Assembly: GCA_018303515.1 (NCBI GenBank)
Contig: JAGVXZ010000004.1
Coordinates: 1 to 36,126, forward strand
Source of the DNA: Candidatus Woesearchaeota archaeon
GTDB lineage: Archaea; Nanobdellota; Nanobdellia; SCGC-AAA011-G17; GW2011-AR18
Direction: 5' to 3'
Length of the DNA stretch: 36,126 nucleotides
The translations under genes were made by a program, and so were the position numbers. Below, one piece after another: positions 32,744 to 36,126 of the stretch; within the stretch, counting starts at the first letter, position 1, and each line of letters starts with the position of its first letter. The notes beneath the pieces are model-generated. The model was not told where the DNA came from. It did not search any database and worked only from the letters and a program-made list of their open reading frames with translations.

Positions 32744-33732
32744 TTTGTTGTAATAAGTTTTTCTTCTTGATAAAGTTTAATAATTTCAATTAATGTAGAA
32801 AGTATGACTGGTCCTAGAATTAAACCAATAAAACCAAATACCTTTAATCCACCTAATAATCCAATAAGAATTACTGCTGGTGATGTCTTGCTTTTATCCC
32901 CAATTAATTTAGGTCTTAAGAAAGTATCGACAGCACTTAGAATAACACCTAATATAATCATCCCAATGGCAATGAAATTGTTATTTAATAATAATTCAAT
33001 AATTGTAAGAGGGATCCAAATGAATGCAGGTCCAATGAAGGGGATAAGTGCAAGAAAACCTATCATAAGACTCCACATAATGGGAGAGGAAATACCTAAT
33101 AATGAAAGTCCAATGGAAGAGATAATTATTTCAATGATTGCGATCGTAAATAAACCATAAACGATTGAATATGTAGTTTTACCAATGTTTGTTAATAATA
33201 ATTCTTTTTCTTTTAAGGGAATTATTTTTCTGATTTGTTCAGTTAATTCTTCCCCCTTTAATAGAAGAAAATAGAGAGTATAAATTGCAATTAAAAATCC
33301 TAGAATTCCAGAGGGTAATGCAATGAAAAGATTTGTTGCACCTGTTTGAATATATTCTATTCCTTTAAAAATTACTTGCGAGATTAGTCCACTGTATGGG
33401 AAATCTTCTGAAGTATATTTTTCTGTAAAAGATTCTATGTTTTTTATGAAATCTGATTTGTAAAGGGTTATGGATTCTTTAATTAATATGTTTGAGATAA
33501 TTAAAGTTGGGACTATGATCAATATGATAATTATTAAACAAGTTAGAACCGAAGAAATCTGAGGTTTATTTGTTTTTTGTTTAATTTTGTTAAATATGGG
33601 GAAGAAAATATATGCTAATATAATGGCACTGATAATTGCTGTGAAATAGGGTTGAATTATTTTGTAAGAAAAGTAGAAGATAATAGATAAACAAATAATT
33701 AAAAGATATTTTTTAGTTTCCGTCTTGTCCAT
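32740..33732 (-). CDS. AI-2E / PerM (UPF0118) family permease
   Basis: 8-TM pattern and a characteristic LIPFIGPAFIWIP segment. Its stop overlaps the deoA start by 4 nt. Confidence 0.75.
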   Translation of the reverse strand: MDKTETKKYLLIICLSIIFYFSYKIIQPYFTAIISAIILAYIFFPIFNKIKQKTNKPQISSVLTCLIIIILIIVPTLIISNILIKESITLYKSDFIKNIESFTEKYTSEDFPYSGLISQVIFKGIEYIQTGATNLFIALPSGILGFLIAIYTLYFLLLKGEELTEQIRKIIPLKEKELLLTNIGKTTYSIVYGLFTIAIIEIIISSIGLSLLGISSPIMWSLMIGFLALIPFIGPAFIWIPLTIIELLLNNNFIAIGMIILGVILSAVDTFLRPKLIGDKSKTSPAVILIGLLGGLKVFGFIGLILGPVILSTLIEIIKLYQEEKLITTK

Positions 33733-33755
33733 ATATTTTATTTTAGGAATTGTTT

Positions 33756-34499
33756 TTAAATAGTTTTTGGTTTGGATCTTAAGAGATTTAATAGTTTTGA
33801 GTGAAGAATTCCATTACTTGCAATAAAATTTTTTGAATTAAATGACCATTTATTTCCTTCTAAGTCAGTGATTTTACCTCCAGCTTCTTCGATCATTAAA
33901 AAACCTGCAACCCAATCCCAAATATAATGTGATGAGTTAAATACCTTTGCATCAATATTTCCTCTTGCTAAATAGGGTAAGCCTAATGCAGTACAACCGA
34001 ATCTTCTTACTGTTTTTGAGTTTGGAAATTGATTTATAAATTCTGTTGATGAATCAATAATTGCTAAATTTAAATTATTTACTTTTGATACTTCCATTAT
34101 TTTATTATTATAAAATGCGTTTTTATTTTTTTCTCCCCAAAATAGTTCTTTATGTAATGGATCATATGAAATCCCCAGAAGTGGTTCTTTCTTGTTAATT
34201 AAAGCAATATTAATTCCAAAAAATGGAATACCTCTTGAAAAATTGAAAGTTCCGTCAATTGGATCAATGACCCAATTAATCTCTTTTATTATAGGTTTAC
34301 TTTCTTCACTTATAATTCCATATTGTGGAAATTTTTTAGTTAGTCTTTTGATTATTAGATTTTCAGATTTTTTATCTGAAATCGTAAAAATATCATCATT
34401 ACCTTTTTTTTGTTGTTTGATATTTGAATTAAAATCTTTTAGAATTAATTTTCCTGCTTCTAAAATTGTTTCTTTTGCAACTTTTAGTTCTTTAGACAT
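33756..34499 (-). CDS. suhB: inositol monophosphatase / FBPase / CysQ-family phosphatase
   Basis: SEE metal-binding motif (IISEES), WVIDPIDGTFNF, WDWVAG. Confidence 0.85.
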   Translation of the reverse strand: MSKELKVAKETILEAGKLILKDFNSNIKQQKKGNDDIFTISDKKSENLIIKRLTKKFPQYGIISEESKPIIKEINWVIDPIDGTFNFSRGIPFFGINIALINKKEPLLGISYDPLHKELFWGEKNKNAFYNNKIMEVSKVNNLNLAIIDSSTEFINQFPNSKTVRRFGCTALGLPYLARGNIDAKVFNSSHYIWDWVAGFLMIEEAGGKITDLEGNKWSFNSKNFIASNGILHSKLLNLLRSKPKTI

Positions 34500-34583
34500 A
34501 TTTTCAACTTTTCATTTAATTATTTATATATCTATCTAATTTTTCTGGTAAACTTTAAATAATGTCCTTTTTTACTTTTTTTA

Positions 34584-35426
34584 ATGAGATTTGTGATGAC
34601 TGGGCATGAAGGTCTTATTGGAAGTTTTTTGTTAAAAAGGCTGAAACAAAGAGGAGATAGACCAATATTACTGGTTGATAAAAGGTCAGGGAATAGTATA
34701 AATGAATTGGATAAATTTGAAATTAAAGAAAAAATAGATCTGTTTATTCATTTCGGAGCTTTTTGTAAAATTAATAAAACAATTGAAAATCCTGATTTGG
34801 CTTTTGAGGATAATGTTTTGGCTACTTATAAAGTTTTGGAGTTTTGTAGAAAAAATAAGATTCCAAAAATAATTTTTACTTCTTCTTCAAGGGTATTAGA
34901 GCCTGAGAAAAATCCTTATACTGCAAGTAAAATTTATGGTGAGGAATTAGTTAAAGCTTATTCGCAATGTTATAATATTGAATATGTTATAATAAGGCCT
35001 TCAACAGTTTATGGTCCGTTTAATGATTTAACTTCAAGGTTAATTGATATTTTTATTCTAAATGCGTTAAAAGGTGGGGAAATTAAAATTTATGGAGATG
35101 AAAATAAAACTTTAGACTTTACTTATGTTGATGATTTTGTTGATGGTATTTTATTAGCTATGAATACAAAAAATGAAGAATTTGATATCTCTGCAGGAGA
35201 AATGGTTAATATTTCTAAACTTGCAGATATGATTATTACTCTTGCAGGTAATGGGGTTAAGAAGTTTTATCCCCCTGAGATTGCACAACCACAAGAAGTT
35301 GAACTAGATATTACTAAAATTAAAAAATTGGGTTATGTACCAAAAGTTTTTATTGAAGATGGTCTAAAAAAAACATTTAAATGGTATAAAGAAAATTTCG
35401 AAGAAATTCTTAAAACCAGAAAGTGA
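34584..35426 (+). CDS. NAD-dependent sugar epimerase/dehydratase (extended SDR)
   Basis: GHEGLIGSFL (GxxGxxG), SSS...YTASKIYGE (YxxxK), 280 aa. Confidence 0.8.
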   Translation: MRFVMTGHEGLIGSFLLKRLKQRGDRPILLVDKRSGNSINELDKFEIKEKIDLFIHFGAFCKINKTIENPDLAFEDNVLATYKVLEFCRKNKIPKIIFTSSSRVLEPEKNPYTASKIYGEELVKAYSQCYNIEYVIIRPSTVYGPFNDLTSRLIDIFILNALKGGEIKIYGDENKTLDFTYVDDFVDGILLAMNTKNEEFDISAGEMVNISKLADMIITLAGNGVKKFYPPEIAQPQEVELDITKIKKLGYVPKVFIEDGLKKTFKWYKENFEEILKTRK

Positions 35427-35470
35427 GATACAAATCTTTTTAAATGTGAAAAAAGTAATTCTCTTTAAAG

Positions 35471-36126
35471 ATGGTACTTGAATCAATAACTAATCCAATA
35501 TTTGCAAAAAAACATCCGTTTAGATTGTTTCTAGTTGGTATGTTATTTGCAACAATTTCTGTTATATTTAGTTTATGGATTTTTAAATCCCAAACAAGTT
35601 TAGTTATGGTATTCCTTACTGTAACTGCAACAGTACCTTTAATGTATGCTACTATGCAAGAGGAAGAGGAAGAAGATTTAATACAGAAGAATGAAATAGG
35701 AATTTTAAAAGAACATAGTAAAACTATATTATTTCTTTCTTTTCTATTTTTAGGTTTTGTTGTGGCTTTTTCTTTATTCGCAATATTTTTACCTTCTGAT
35801 TTGGCAGAGACAGTATTTAGTGCCCAGTTGGATACAATTAAAGCAATAAATGCTAATGTTGCAAAGCTTACAGGGCAGGCGTTTGATTTATCCTATGGTA
35901 TGGAAGCCTTTGTTATGATATTTTTAAATAATGTTAAGGTTTTATTGTTTTGTTTATTTTTTGCGTTTTTCTTTGGTGCTGGTGCAATTTTTATTTTAAC
36001 TTGGAATGCGTCTGTTATTAGTGCAGCAATTGGAACTTATTTTAGAAATGGAATTGAGTATTATGCCATGTCTCATGGATTGACAAAAGTTGCAATTTAT
36101 TTTGGAGTTTTTTCTTTAAGTTTATT
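35471..36126 (+). CDS. SpoIIM/DUF95-like integral membrane protein (partial, runs off the right edge)
   Basis: ATG 35471, with the frame open to the window end. TM1, an acidic loop (EEEEEDL), then FLNNVKVLLFCLFFAFFFGAGAIFILTWNASVISAAIG, typical of the stage II sporulation protein M family. Not in the ORF track because no stop codon is reached. Confidence 0.55.
   Translation, partial: MVLESITNPIFAKKHPFRLFLVGMLFATISVIFSLWIFKSQTSLVMVFLTVTATVPLMYATMQEEEEEDLIQKNEIGILKEHSKTILFLSFLFLGFVVAFSLFAIFLPSDLAETVFSAQLDTIKAINANVAKLTGQAFDLSYGMEAFVMIFLNNVKVLLFCLFFAFFFGAGAIFILTWNASVISAAIGTYFRNGIEYYAMSHGLTKVAIYFGVFSLSL

Noticed and set aside
1-36126. CRISPR arrays, IS elements, integrases, prophage or toxin-antitoxin/defence islands.
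   Set aside because: There are no regularly spaced direct repeats and no transposase, integrase or recombinase motifs. No terminal inverted repeats were seen. Apart from the 48-nt r-protein tail cassette, no long repeats were found by eye. A computational self-alignment is needed to be certain.

Overview
Low-GC (about 30-33 % by eye) archaeal chromosome segment. It is almost entirely informational housekeeping genes and looks like a small-genome DPANN-type archaeon (Woese-/Pace-/Nanoarchaeota-like). All family calls come from motif recognition in the supplied translations; no search was run. Content, left to right: (1) a replication/translation block: MCM, an RPA32-like OB-fold protein, aIF2-beta, exonuclease III, aIF1A, RIO1 kinase, a KH protein and Topo VI B/A. 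(2) tRNA-Asn and tRNA-Ile, a SET-domain methyltransferase and MetRS. (3) The large archaeal ribosomal-protein operon from uL3 to uL15, continuing through SecY, a DUF106 (YidC-like) protein, eL34, eL14 and prefoldin alpha. (4) A fused PriS-PriL primase and tRNA-Val. (5) A minus-strand suhB / AI-2E permease / AMP phosphorylase operon. (6) An SDR epimerase and a partial SpoIIM-like membrane protein. No CRISPR array, transposase, integrase or obvious defence island was seen. Observations worth a second look: (a) A 48-nt cassette, 46/48 identical, forms the 3' ends of the uL22 and eL32 genes. It encodes the lysine-rich tail VKKDSNV.-KMEKKK plus the GGAG-ATGA restart junction, and degenerate copies sit in the uS3 and eL14 tails. 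(b) The MetRS gene has no in-frame canonical start before its HIGH-motif N-terminus; the only ATG is one nucleotide out of frame and is followed immediately by TAA. (c) Two of the three tRNAs carry introns at non-canonical positions: Val in the D-loop with a textbook bulge-helix-bulge, and Asn at 30/31. (d) Two unrecognised small ORFs are translationally coupled inside the r-protein operon, between uL30 and uL15 and between eL14 and pfdA. (e) Rpp29, adk and cmk are missing from their usual operon slots. (f) The primase is a single-chain PriS + PriL-CTD fusion. (g) There are several orphan small genes: a ParB-like protein, an NMD3-like fragment, a zinc-ribbon protein and an Arg-rich membrane peptide.
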